Shown here: positions 1-10,900 of the stretch, one piece after another | Layout of the letters: each line of letters opens with the position of its first letter | Position numbering within the stretch: the first letter of the stretch is position 1 | Source of the DNA: Nitrosopumilus sp. | GTDB lineage: Archaea; Thermoproteota; Nitrososphaeria; Nitrososphaerales; Nitrosopumilaceae | Reading direction: 5' to 3' | NCBI GenBank assembly: GCA_965223425.1 | Contig: OZ245003.1 | Coordinates: 1,920,001 to 1,984,000 of the forward strand | DNA: 64,000 nucleotides | Translations under genes and position numbers: made by a program | Notes under the pieces: model-generated | What the model saw: the letters and a program-made list of their open reading frames with translations, nothing else | What the model was told of the DNA's origin: nothing | Databases searched by the model: none

Positions 1-168
1 ATCAGGCAAAAGGACACAGCAATCAGGCAAAAGGACACAGCAATCAGGCAAAAGGACACAGCAATCAAGCAGAACAACAGAGCAATCAAGCAGAACAACA
101 GAGCAATCAAGCAGAACAACAGAGCAATCAAGCAGAACAACAGAGCAATCAAGCAAAAGGACGCAGCA
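1..168 (+). repeat. 21-bp tandem repeat (at least 8 units) encoding heptads IRQKDTA/IKQNNRA in the transposase N-terminus
   Basis: ATCAGGCAAAAGGACACAGCA x3, ATCAAGCAGAACAACAGAGCA x4, ATCAAGCAAAAGGACGCAGCA x1. Confidence 0.95.
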
Positions 169-1431
169 ATCAGCAGGCGCGAGAAGACAATTGGCCTGCT
201 GCGCGAGCAGCTGCTGCTGCGCGAGGACAGCCTGTGGGCCGTTACAGATGCAGGCCGCTCTGATACGGACACGTCGCTGCTGCACATCAGGGAGGTGATC
301 CACGGCATACTGCACAACAGCGCAAAGCTTGCGGGAATTACCGTATGACCTTGACCAGTTTGACTACATCTGCAATGACTTTGTGGCAGAGTCAAAGAGG
401 CACAACAAAGACGCGCCGCTCTTTTCAGAGGACGAAACACCGGATCCCGGAAACCGCTGCCTGCCTGGCCGCAGATCTGTTCTGCTCATGGCGCTGTTCC
501 GCAAGCGCTCAAACGTGACGCAGGATGCACTGGGGCGCTGTTTGATGTGGATCAGTCCACCGTGTGCAGGTACCTCCGGTTCGCAGATTCCGTGCTGGCA
601 GGGATCCTGCCTACTGCAGACAGGATGACCCGTCTGGTAAAAAAGGCCGAGACATCAGAGCAGCTAGAGCAGCTAATGCCGGACAGAACCATCATAATTG
701 ACGGCACCGAGGTGGTGCCAAGGCAGCGTCCGCAGGACAGGGATAAAAGAAAAAACACGTACTCTGGCAAAAAGAAGCGCTTTACGATTAACACCACCAT
801 AATAACAAACAGGGCAGGCCTGATACTTGCAGCAGGCAGGTCCTTTGAGGGCGGGACGCACGACCTTACCATGATAAGAGAGGATCCGATAGACTTTGGC
901 AGGTGGTCTAAATCCATGTACAAAAAAGACACTCCGGAAAAGGACAGGATACGAGTACTTGCAGACAAGGGGTACCAGGGATGCCAATCACTACACGGGA
1001 ATAGCACTTGAGATGCCGGAAAAAAAGAGGCCGCGGACGGAGCTGACGCAGCAGCAAAAGGACTCGAACAAAAGGATCAGCGCCAAGAGGGTAAAGGCGG
1101 GGCACGCCATCGGAAGAATAAAGCAGTGGGCGAGGATGACAGACCCGTATGACGGCACGGTAGAGGAGTTTCGCGAGGAGCTGGCTGTGTGTACCGGCCT
1201 TGCGAACTTTCAACTGCTGTGGGATGCAAAGAAAAAGCGGCCGTCACTTGGTTATTGACGGCACAGCACAGGGTGCATGAGGCACTGCAAGAGTGCGCAC
1301 GGATTTCTAATTTCTGCGAATTTACAATGATCTTTTGCATCAAAATTAAATAATTTCCTGGACTGGCTTTGTGTGTCTTGGTAATGTATGCTGCAGAAAA
1401 AATTTGACGGGTCAATTATGCATAAAGTCTA
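1..1431 (+). mobile_element. IS5-superfamily (ISL2-like, DDE_Tnp_4-type) element, 5' end outside window, frameshifted transposase
   Basis: Transposase pieces in frames 329-628, 547-1011 and 896-1258 with motifs IIDGTEV, YSGKKK, ADKGYQG and GHAIGRIK. Right TIR TCAATTATGCATAAAGTCTA at 1412-1431. Second copy at 46025-47470. Confidence 0.85.
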
Positions 1432-1720
1432 CTGCGCGGTAGCTTATATCATGATTTTCCCTCAGTCTTTTTGCAGTGCGCAGAACCCCTACAGGGTTGT
1501 CCTGGTGCGCCCCAGTTACAAGGCGCATCTGGGCAGATGTGGCTGGGACATGCGGCCTGCCCATCTTCATGCGTGTTGTTCTGATTGTCGGAACCTGGCC
1601 CAGCCTTCGCACATGCCTTGCAGTGATGCCAAGATCTCGGGCTATCTGAGAGGAAACGACTCCTTTTTTGCGCTGCCTGATTATGTATTGCCGTGATTTT
1701 TCTGTCAGTCTTTTTGTCAT
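1432..1720 (-). pseudogene. N-terminal HTH fragment of an IS481-like transposase, truncated by the IS5-like element
   Basis: SSQIARDLGITARHVRRL HTH, then GRP and GVLRTAKRLR motifs. The frame runs directly into the TIR at 1431. Confidence 0.55.
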
Positions 1721-1773
1721 GGATTTTTGTGATCGGTACAGCCTGAAATAATCATCTATTGTTCTTCTGATCC

Positions 1774-2874
1774 TAGAGTGGCGATTATAATTAATTTCGC
1801 CTCTCCAGACAGGACTGAACAGAAAAGCTTATTGATCACCAGATCAGCTGCAAGCTGTGAACGAAGTACAGGCACTGACGGAGGCCATGCGTGCAGAGAA
1901 GAACATCAAGATTCGTGACAGGATGCTGGCAGTGCGCGGAGTCCTCATGGGACACTCTACGGCAGATCTTGCAGATATTGCCAACGTAGACCAACGCACA
2001 GTCCAGCTGTGGGTATGCAGGTTCAGAAAATATGGCGCAGATGGCCTCCGGGACGCGCCAGGAAGAGGCAAAAGCCCGGACGTCTTGTACGCATTGATAG
2101 AAAAGCTGGCCTACAGGCTTTGCAAAAAGAACACGCTGACTCCGCGAAAGCTGCGCAACCAGATACGTCGCAAGACAAACAGAAGATACAGCATGTCCAA
2201 CATGCGCAGGATAATGCGCGTCTTTGGATTCTCCTGCAAGACATCCACGACAGTATACGGGAACAGTGCAGGCGCCGACGAGGTACGACGGTGGCAAAAA
2301 GACGCCTCAGCAGTCATTTCACGTGCAAAAAGGCGTGGATTCCGGATTGCGATACAGGACGAGTCGATATTCATAAGGATCGGTGAGGACGGCAAGAAGC
2401 TGTGGTCGCGCATAGGCGATCCCGTGGAGATAGAAAGGTCAGGACGCAGGGACAAGACAGTCGTATACGGGGCGCTTGCAGATGACGGCACCAGACTGAT
2501 GCGCCTGTATGACAAGTTTGACGGCCCTACGTTTGTGAGGTACCTGGCAGAGGCCCGCCGCAAGTGGGGCAAGGTGCTGCTGATAATGGACAATGCCGGC
2601 CAGCACAAGACGGCGGCGGCAAGAAAATACTTGGAGGATCACAAGGGAGAGATCGAGATACTCTACCTGCCTGTTGCCACTCCGAAGCTTAGTGCCATCG
2701 AGGCGTTGTGGAAGCAGGCCAAGTACAGGCTGATCACGGCAGCACACTATGACACGCTTGAAGATCTCAAACACACAGTGTCAGAGTACTTTAGGACATG
2801 TTCCATTAAACTTGACATCTACAGGTATCTAGCTCGTTGTGTTTGAGGCGAAATTTTCAATGATCGCCACTCTA
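1774..2874 (+). mobile_element. IS630-family element, apparently intact
   Basis: ~30-bp imperfect TIRs (CTAGAGTGGCGAT...AATTTCGCCTC / GAGGCGAAATT...ATCGCCACTCTAG), with TA at both ends (1774-1775 and 2873-2874). Confidence 0.9.
1857..2846 (+). CDS. IS630-family transposase (329 aa)
   Basis: N-terminal HTH; DDE triad in QDES, MDNA and AIEALW; uninterrupted ORF. Confidence 0.9.
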   Translation: MNEVQALTEAMRAEKNIKIRDRMLAVRGVLMGHSTADLADIANVDQRTVQLWVCRFRKYGADGLRDAPGRGKSPDVLYALIEKLAYRLCKKNTLTPRKLRNQIRRKTNRRYSMSNMRRIMRVFGFSCKTSTTVYGNSAGADEVRRWQKDASAVISRAKRRGFRIAIQDESIFIRIGEDGKKLWSRIGDPVEIERSGRRDKTVVYGALADDGTRLMRLYDKFDGPTFVRYLAEARRKWGKVLLIMDNAGQHKTAAARKYLEDHKGEIEILYLPVATPKLSAIEALWKQAKYRLITAAHYDTLEDLKHTVSEYFRTCSIKLDIYRYLARCV

Positions 2875-2951
2875 GGCGGACTGACTTTTCATACAATTGA
2901 GGCTCAACGTATTACTAGAAAATTTATAATGTTGGTGATGTTATTGATAAC

Positions 2952-3146
2952 ATGAATCAAACAACCCCTGATCCTGAGATTTGCACTATCTGTTTTTCAG
3001 ATGAATCAGAGCAAGCCAAGGCATTCAATCATTTGATTCATTCTAAGGCAAGTATTAGTGGTGTTGATAAAAACACAATCACCATTAAAAAAAGTGATTG
3101 TGCCACACTAAAAAGTAAGAATATACAGTACCAAGAACTTTCCTAA
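2952..3146 (+). CDS. small hypothetical protein (64 aa)
   Basis: AT-rich ORF after a TTTATAA TATA-like motif, 1 nt upstream of the next ORF. Confidence 0.55.
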   Translation: MNQTTPDPEICTICFSDESEQAKAFNHLIHSKASISGVDKNTITIKKSDCATLKSKNIQYQELS

Positions 3147-3147
3147 C

Positions 3148-3486
3148 TTGATGCCTCTACTAAAACTCGAAATATTACTTCCACTTTATCATAATCCTAC
3201 TAAAAACAATAATCGTAAAAAAGTAGACGATGATGAATTTTTAGAAACATACAAGGATTTAATGAGAGAATTTGGCGGATGTACTATTGTTCCTAGTCCT
3301 TTATTTGGAGGTTGGTTAAATCCTGATACTAAAAAAGAGGCAACTGATGAACATATTGTGTATTGGGCTGTTTATGAAGATACAAAAGAGAATATTGAGT
3401 TTTTGAAAAATTTCAAATGTACTCTAAAGAAACGATTCAAACAAGACGATATTATGATGTACTCTGTTTCTATTACTCAGTTCTAA
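3148..3486 (+). CDS. hypothetical protein, possibly DUF3574/PII-like fold (112 aa)
   Basis: ILLP..N, EFGGCT, G.W and RFKQ..I motif pattern. Confidence 0.6.
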   Translation: MMPLLKLEILLPLYHNPTKNNNRKKVDDDEFLETYKDLMREFGGCTIVPSPLFGGWLNPDTKKEATDEHIVYWAVYEDTKENIEFLKNFKCTLKKRFKQDDIMMYSVSITQF

Positions 3487-3797
3487 TTCTCCCATACGAA
3501 ATCGTCTCTTATCCTACTGCGGGCCATTCTCAGTGTGCTTTGCTGAATCAGGACGTTTCTGATTTGTCTTGCATCTTCTTATACTTTCTTTGTGTCAACT
3601 CATGATTCTGTATGCGATATTCCTCCATGTTTGTTAGCATGTGCCAGATTATCTCAAGCATCATCTGCCTTGCAGCTGCTATCCTTGCCTTTTGTTTTCC
3701 TCTCCTTTTTGCAATTCTTGAATAAAATGATTCCATCCTTGGATCAAATCGTATCGTAGTGTTTGCAGCCTCCACCATTGCATTGCGCAGCCATGCA
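3487..3797 (-). pseudogene. IS110-family transposase C-terminal fragment plus element right end
   Basis: AWLRNAMVEAA...FYSRIAKRRGKQKARIAAARQ..IIWHML is the typical IS110 C-terminus. Cut at 3798 by an ISH3-like element. Confidence 0.85.
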
Positions 3798-5241
3798 CAG
3801 TAGATGAAAACGTGTTTTCACGGAGTGGAAGGACGACAAGATTTTGCCTGATCTGCAAACAATCTGGACAGAAAAGGCAATTGATCAGGTGCCCCTGCAG
3901 TTCCTTATGCTTCACCAAAAAGAGCAGCAAAGATACCGACTTGACATGGCAGGCAGGACGTTTAAAATGTTGCCTGCAATGCTGGGAAGAGTCGGCATCA
4001 GTTTCTCTGGCAGATACAACGCCCGTACGGGATAGGCGACTTTGTGCGCGTCATCATATCGATGTGCGAGAGCGGCTCGTGCGCCTCTGGCGTGACAAAG
4101 ATGCTCTCCGTGCGCCACGGGCTGTACCGCATACCGTCGTCGATGTGGATCCTCTCAAAGGTAAGGAATGTCTGCACTGACGCTGATGTGATGGAGAAGC
4201 GGTGCAGGGACATGATACGCGGCACCATACACGAGGCAAGGCGCACCGGCCTTCTCAGGGACATTCCCCACACCATGGCAATTGACACCCACCTGATACC
4301 CAGATATGACAAGAATCCCAGAACCCGGGAAGAGCAGCTGGTGCGCTCAAGACACCGCAGTGGAACCTCGCGGTTTGAGGGGGCGGGTATACCACGTCTA
4401 CATCTGGGCACAAGCTACATCTGGGAACTACTGGTGGAACCTCGCGGTTTGAGGGGGCGGGTATACCACGGCGCAGTGCGTGGACAAGCCCAACCTGAAC
4501 GTGGCGTGCAGGCCCCTCAGAAAGGGGCGGACAAACGCCGATCTCGTGCGTGATCTGCTAAATGATTGCAAGGATGCCTGGGTTTGCGCAGGACTGGTGC
4601 TGCTTGACTGCGGCTTCTTCTCAAGTGGTGTGATGCAGGAGATCCGGGAGGCGGGCCTCAAATTCATCATGCCGGCATCAAGAACCTCCGGAATAAAGAG
4701 GAGGATCATGGAGTACAGTCAGGGAAGGGCGGAGGCCGTCTTGACGTACCGGCTTACCACGCACAACCACAAACCCGGAGAGTCGTTCAGCTTGGTCATA
4801 ATTCCAAAGGAGAAAGGGGACAACGGATGGGATTCAGAGAACGTGCAAGAGAGGTACCTGGCGTATGCCACCAACATGGACTCCACAATGCGATATTTGA
4901 GATAGGAAAGATTCCAAGGGAGTACGAGAGGAGGAGGAGGAGGAGGAGGAGGAGGAGGAGGAGCATTGAAACAGGATACAGGGATACTGAAAGGACGAGG
5001 CCCAAAACCACCAGCCAGAATGCCCCTGTCAGAATGTTTCTGTTTTTCATGGCCCTTGTGATGTACAATCTGTGGGTGATCTCAGTTGCAAGGTCTGCTG
5101 CGTGGCATGGGAGCTACGACACTGCCGCAATCCAACTTGTGATTATGCTTGAGTATATGTCAAGGCTGTCTGTCGGCCTTGAGCATGACGATTAGGTTGG
5201 CCGGATCTGGCGTCTGCCGGGCAGCACATTTTCATCTACTG
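3798..5241 (+). mobile_element. ISH3-like (IS4-related) element with a degraded transposase
   Basis: 17-bp TIRs CAGTAGATGAAAAYGTG at 3798 and 5225-5241. Motifs AIDTH, LLDCGFFS and IETGYR spread over several frames. Internal ~37-bp duplication near 4360 and 4434. Confidence 0.85.
4928..4963 (+). repeat. (GAG)12 microsatellite
   Basis: Read directly; encodes poly-Arg just before IETGYR. Confidence 0.95.
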
Positions 5242-5243
5242 AT

Positions 5244-5474
5244 ACTGCCAGCAGGAATCCCTCCATACGGATGCTTTTTTTTGTTTTATCACTGGTGCTA
5301 AACAACATCTGGATAGGCCTGCGTCGCACGGTAGGCAGACAAAGATATCATGTGACACTTGCCGGTATTTTAAACAGGATGATCCACGTGGTTGTAACAT
5401 GTGTGTATGCTAGGTGGCTGCCGCCTACCGGGTGATTGGTGGGCTGCTTTGGAACGGTACAATCCCAACTACTG
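5244..5474 (+). mobile_element. 3' remnant of the ISH3-like element that is intact at 58817-60118
   Basis: High similarity to ~59888-60118, ending in TIR GTACAATCCCAACTACTG (5457-5474). Confidence 0.9.
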
Positions 5475-5479
5475 TGGTT

Positions 5480-5945
5480 GCACTAATATGTATAAATCTG
5501 GCCGTTCTACTGCAAGTAAAATATTATCACCACAATATGCTATATCAAATGCTGTTGAATTAAATGGGATTGATTTTGAAAAAATTTTGCATGAAGATAC
5601 TGAACCGTTATCTAAAATAATATTTTTTGTTAATGATGCCTATCTTCCAAACACATAATTCAAAATTTTAGAACTCTGTATCTATCTATTGAAGATCTTA
5701 AGGAAGAAGACTTTGGAATTGATCTTGAGAAATACCGACATCTTCGAAATGCTGTTAGTCATAATTGTATTTATCAAGGAACTCAAAATTCTATTAAAAA
5801 ATTTTTTGGTCCTAGTTATTTTGATTTTAGTTCTTATAACTAATTTGATTTCTATTCTGATAAAAACATTAAACATTTGAAAGATGAAGTTAGAATTTTG
5901 TTAAAGTTGATTCTAGACCATATCAAAGATGAATTGAAAAAATAA
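5480..5945 (+). pseudogene. AT-rich HEPN-like (ApeA-type) nuclease remnant
   Basis: Manual translation FRTLYLSIEDL...YRHLRNAVSH contains an Rx4H motif. Frameshift near 5655, internal stop near 5841, 5' end lost. Confidence 0.5.
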
Positions 5946-6196
5946 CTTTTGGCGATTGTAATAAGATGGTTCAAAAACTTACTATATCCACGAGAAAAAG
6001 TTCGCGTGATAAATCCTATTGAACCAAAAACAAACTTTTAGTATGGCACCTGAGAATGGCAGCAGTGTGACAGGAGACGGTTTTGTATGGGAGAACCCAA
6101 AATTTTCCATAAGACAGCAACTGATTATAAAAATAATAAAAAGATAGACTGATTTAAGAAAACAAAAATGAACTCTTAAATTAAAAAATTCATTGC

Positions 6197-6388
6197 CTAC
6201 TCTGATTTTTTGACTTTTTGTGCTGCTGGTCCTTTTTTACCTTCGCCTACTTCAAACTCGACTTTATCGCCTTCGTTGATGAATCCGTCAACATCTGATT
6301 TGTGTACAAACAGATCGTCTCCATCTTCTCTTTCAATAAAACCAAAGCCCTTAGTACGGTTAAACCATTTTACGGTACCTTGTTCCAT
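6197..6388 (-). CDS. cspA: cold-shock protein
   Basis: GTVKWFN, KGFGFI and LFVH motifs. Confidence 0.95.
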   Translation of the reverse strand: MEQGTVKWFNRTKGFGFIEREDGDDLFVHKSDVDGFINEGDKVEFEVGEGKKGPAAQKVKKSE

Positions 6389-6459
6389 TTGATTTTGAGA
6401 TAATTAATCACTATATTAAGTAAGATGTCAAAAACGGATCATATCAAATAGAATTGAGA

Positions 6460-6771
6460 CTAGAAATCTTTAGGAATGTGATTATTTTCTTTTAACCATG
6501 TAACTTGAGGCAATGTAAACCTCCAAATAATATCACCACGTTCATTGTCTTTGAAATCCCAAGGAGCAATGATCACAATGTCATTATCTCGAATCCAAAC
6601 CCTTCGCTTGAGTTTTCCTCGAATTCTGCCCCGCCGGGTAACATCATCAGCACATTTTATCATGACGTTTTCTCCTCCAAGCATTCTCAAGACACGGCCA
6701 AAAAGTTCGCCCTCCTCTGGCATGCGGATCTCTTTTAGAGCACTTTCATTTTTTACCTGGCGCTTACCCAT
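6460..6771 (-). CDS. eif1a: translation initiation factor aIF-1A
   Basis: RIRGKLKRRVWIR..D.VIIAPW; likely start MGKRQ at 6771. Confidence 0.95.
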   Translation of the reverse strand: MGKRQVKNESALKEIRMPEEGELFGRVLRMLGGENVMIKCADDVTRRGRIRGKLKRRVWIRDNDIVIIAPWDFKDNERGDIIWRFTLPQVTWLKENNHIPKDF

Positions 6772-6879
6772 GACTCTCACTGCCATTGTGAGCATATAAC
6801 TGATAGGGTTTTTGATGCGCGGGGCGTGTGAGGCAGAATCAAACACAGGGGATTTTATCCACCTAATGAAAGCTAACTT

Positions 6880-7459
6880 GTGGAATTTAGATGCGTAGAG
6901 GAATGTGCGCAGTGCTGTATTGAAAGGGATTATTATCCCAGTAAAAAATTTGGAAAGATAGGGGTGCTAATCCTTCCCGAAGAAAAAGAAAGGATGGCAA
7001 AGTCAGAAGGGCAAGGGGAATAAAGATCCAGATTGCCAAGAATCGGGGTATCTGGAGGCAAAGACTTGATTCCAACGAAAGTTTTGGCATACCAGCTGAT
7101 GGGAGTTGAAGAAAACGGCAACGCCTGTCCTTTTTTGGACGGACAGCGCAGATGATAAATCTCCCCATGGGGGATTTCCGTGCAGAATTTACAAGCAAAG
7201 ACCGCTTGCATGCATGGCCTACCCGTTGATCGAGTCTGATCCAATCACGCTTGATCAGAGATGCAAGTTTGCAGAAAGCACGGCACTGCAGACTGGAACC
7301 TGGATTGAGACAGAGCCGCCTCTGAAAACTAGAAAAAGTGAACGCAGGTGGTTGTTCGTCTGGAGATACGCTGCGGGGACGCGAGGGGGAGGAAGCGGCG
7401 ACATACAGGTTCTCGGATCTGCGGGGTTTTGGAGGAATGGGCAGCCAGACGGTGCGTAG
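6880..7459 (+). pseudogene. YkgJ-family Cys-cluster protein pseudogene
   Basis: FRCVEECAQCC, CPFL and CRIYKQRPLACMAYP motifs. Premature stop at ~7021 and a frameshift near 7140. Confidence 0.8.
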
Positions 7460-7941
7460 CTCCGGCCATGGATGCAAAAGGTGCAGGAAACTGCCGGTTG
7501 GGGGTGATGCACAGGGGCTTGCCGCTGCCCGGGTCTGACCGGTGCGGAGACTGTCATGTCACCAGGCCGACAGAAAACAGCACTGCGATTGCAGACTGCA
7601 TATCAGAAGGGCCTGCCAGAGGCGCGTATTTGCGCAACGGGGTTTGCCAGGTTAAGAGCCAGAGAGGGCGCTGCCCATTATACGGCCAGGGATCTGAAAA
7701 GGGCGCTGCTGCTGCTGCTGCTGCTGCTGTTTGGAACGGCCAAGGAAAACAACGCATATGGGATGATGATATGATGATGCGCCGCAATCCGGTTGCAGGC
7801 TCAACTGGGGACTGCAGGGGTGGGGGTTGGTAAGACCCTGTGTGTGTGCGTGGTGCCAGACAAGCAGATCCTAGCTGCGTTCCCGGTGATCTGCGGCGGG
7901 CATCTGTCTTTGACTGGCAGGTGATACCCTTTGGCGTCCCC

Positions 7942-10900
7942 TCAGTTTAGCAGCAGCCCGCGCTGCCCGAGGTACGACAGCGCTGCGACAAACTCCTGCG
8001 CAGTCAGGCCGTCATCTGCGTCATCTGCGTCTGCGTCGAGGAACCACTTTGCTGTCTGCTTAAAGTATGTGGGGATGCTGGTGCCCTCTATTCCGAACTG
8101 GGCTAAAAGCTGCGAGTCAGATGCGGACTGGGACGCAAATCCGCCCCACTGCTTTAGGGTGTCAAGCTGTTCTGCGGTGAAGCCCTGTCGGGGTTGTTGT
8201 GGTTGCTGCTTGTCTGCAGTGTCAGCTGCGGTGCCGTTGCCAGTAGCGGTTGTTGTTGTTGTTGTGCCGTTGCCGCTGCCGGTGGCTGGGGGGACAGTAC
8301 TGCTGCTGCTGCTACCGCCGCCGCCTCCGCCTCCGCCGCCACTGCTGCTGCTGCCTCCGCCACCGCCGCCGCCGCTACTACTGCTGCCGCCTTTCCTTCC
8401 CTCAGACACCACAAGGGCGTCCTCAAGGTGGATGTAAAGCGCGTTTCTGCTGGTGTCCCACAGGCGGTACAGCACGTCAGAGAGCGGGACCTTCTTGGCA
8501 AAGGTTATGACAAACTCAAACTGCGCCTTTGTGGCATCAATGGCAGACGCATCCACAGTGGCACTGGCAATAAGGCCGTGCGGATCAGTTATCCGGATGT
8601 TGCCTGAATCGTATGTCACGTGGGTTTCTGTGCCGTCGTTGTGTATTGTCCTGCCGTCGTGTGCGACAAACATGTCGACGTGCTGTACGTTTTGCGCCCC
8701 GCCGTTCTCGTATACTGTGAGGGTGCTGAGAAGCCTCTCGCCGCTGCCTGCGCGTATCGTGGCAGTGTGGGGCGAGTTGATCGTGTCAGGGCCGTACTTT
8801 ATTCCGTCGTATACCAGGGGGTACTGGCCCGCGCCAAAGCCCGTGCGGATTGAGGGGGCAGAGACGTCTCCGCTGCTGCCACCACCACCGCCGCCAGAGG
8901 ATACAAGGCCCTCAAGGGTGCCTGATGATCCGTAATACCTGAATTCTGGCTCAAAGGAGGTCCCGCTGCCTGCATCAAGGGAGAGGACAAAGTAGTCAGC
9001 CTGCAGCAGGTCGCCGTACTCGTTGAGCGTGGTGTTGCCCATGGCAGGGTCTGTGTAGTGCCCGTTTGCGTTGTCTGCTACCTGCGCGATGTTGCCAATC
9101 AGGCCCTCGTTGACCATATTGCCTGCAGAGCCGCCGTTGAGGTGTATGGCAGTGCCGAGTATGAATACTGCGTCATATGCCGCATAAGAGTATACGTCAG
9201 CGTTGTCCACAGAGCTGTCTATCCTCTTGTTTTTCTCGTTTTCGTCTATTGCAAGGGTGAGCACGTTATAGTCGGTGCGCTCAAGGAATGTCTTGCGCTT
9301 CTCGTCCCGTCTGGTATCACCCTCAAGCAGCTTTGATGGCGCCACGGCGTCGCTGCCGTACCACTTTGCTGCAGGCAGGTTTGCAGTGGCTGCCGCCTCG
9401 CTGAGTATGTCAAGGGTCTCGCTAAATCCGAACACCACCACTGCGGGGGCCTTTTCACTGACGGAATCCCGACTTAGCGTGTCATTCAGCAAGGCAAGCG
9501 TTGTGTTGGCAGAAAGTGACACAGTGTCAGGGTTGTACAGTATTCCGCCGTGTACGGTTATTTTGCTGTCTGTGCTGTTGTTATGATCATCAATTTCATC
9601 TGCAAGGGTCCGGTTCAGTGCTACCCCCCACGCGTCGTTGCGGAACACCGGAATCACGTAATCGACAGAGTCTGCCTCAAAGAGGCTGACGTACGCCCTG
9701 ACGGTGTTGGAATCGTCAGGGACGGTCCTAAACACGCGGTCGTCCTTCTGCTTGAGATCCTCTGTGGGCGCAGTAGATGCGTAGCTTATGGCAAGCCTTG
9801 GCGGATTGTCAAACAGGGTGTTGTTCTTGACTTCAGACAGCGCCTCACTTGTGAGGGGGCCCACAATTGAGGTTATGTTGCTGCCTGCAAGCAGTTCCAG
9901 TGCTGCAATTGCGCCCTCAGAGGCAGACCCGTCATCATGTGTAGATACTGCAAGCCTCCATGCGGCCTCGTTTGGCGCAAGGTATCTGTCGTTAAAGTCG
10001 TTTACTGCCAGGTGTATGGTGTCATTTGCAGGTATGCCAAGTGACGAGATGGAGCCCGTAGTCGAGACGATTGCCCCTATGGTTACCGTGGCAGGTGCGC
10101 GCACGGTGAGTGTCTCTGTGATTGTGTGGTTGTTTGGCGAAACGGCCGAGTCAGAGACTGTATACTGTATGGTGTAATGTCCTATGGGAGGCCTGGTATT
10201 GTTAATGGAGTCGATCTTGTTTGCCTCAGTGGTGACAGCAGCATCGCCGGTGCCGTTATAGTACCTTATCTCCGTGCGAGTCGGAGGGCTGCCAGTCTCG
10301 GTAATGTTTTCTATCTTGCCGTTCCTGTAGGTCTGGCCTTCTGTTAGGGATGTAGCAAAGTCGGTTGCGTTGCCGTTTACCGTAAAGGTTGGAGGCGTGG
10401 TGTCAGGCAATACGGTGACTTTCCGGGTAACAGTATCTGACTCGTTGCCTGCAGCGTCCTTGCACGTGTACTCTATCTCGTAGGTGCCCGGTTCGGAGGT
10501 GTCTACAAAGCCGGATGTCACCAGTTCGGGGGAGTCATCCCGCAAGTCGGCGCACTCGGCTCCGGGATCATCGTAGGAGGCGCCCTTGTCGACTGTATGC
10601 TCAGGGTCGCCGACAAGTGAGATTGTGGGGCGTGTGGTGTCAGGTGCAGAAAGGTGCAGGACAACCTGGAGGTATACGATGATGCCGCCTGAATCCTCGC
10701 AAGAGTATGAGAGGGAATACCTGCCTGCTGTGTTTGGATCATACGTCGGACGCTCATCAAGCATAAGCGTAATGTCGCCATCCTCCGGGTCAGAGCATGT
10801 TACGCCCAGCTCGGCAAGCTCAAAGCCGGTATCGCGGTCCAGCGTGATTCTGGTAGTAGAGATTTGGTCGGTGTCCACCGTATGCAAGATGACAGGAGGT

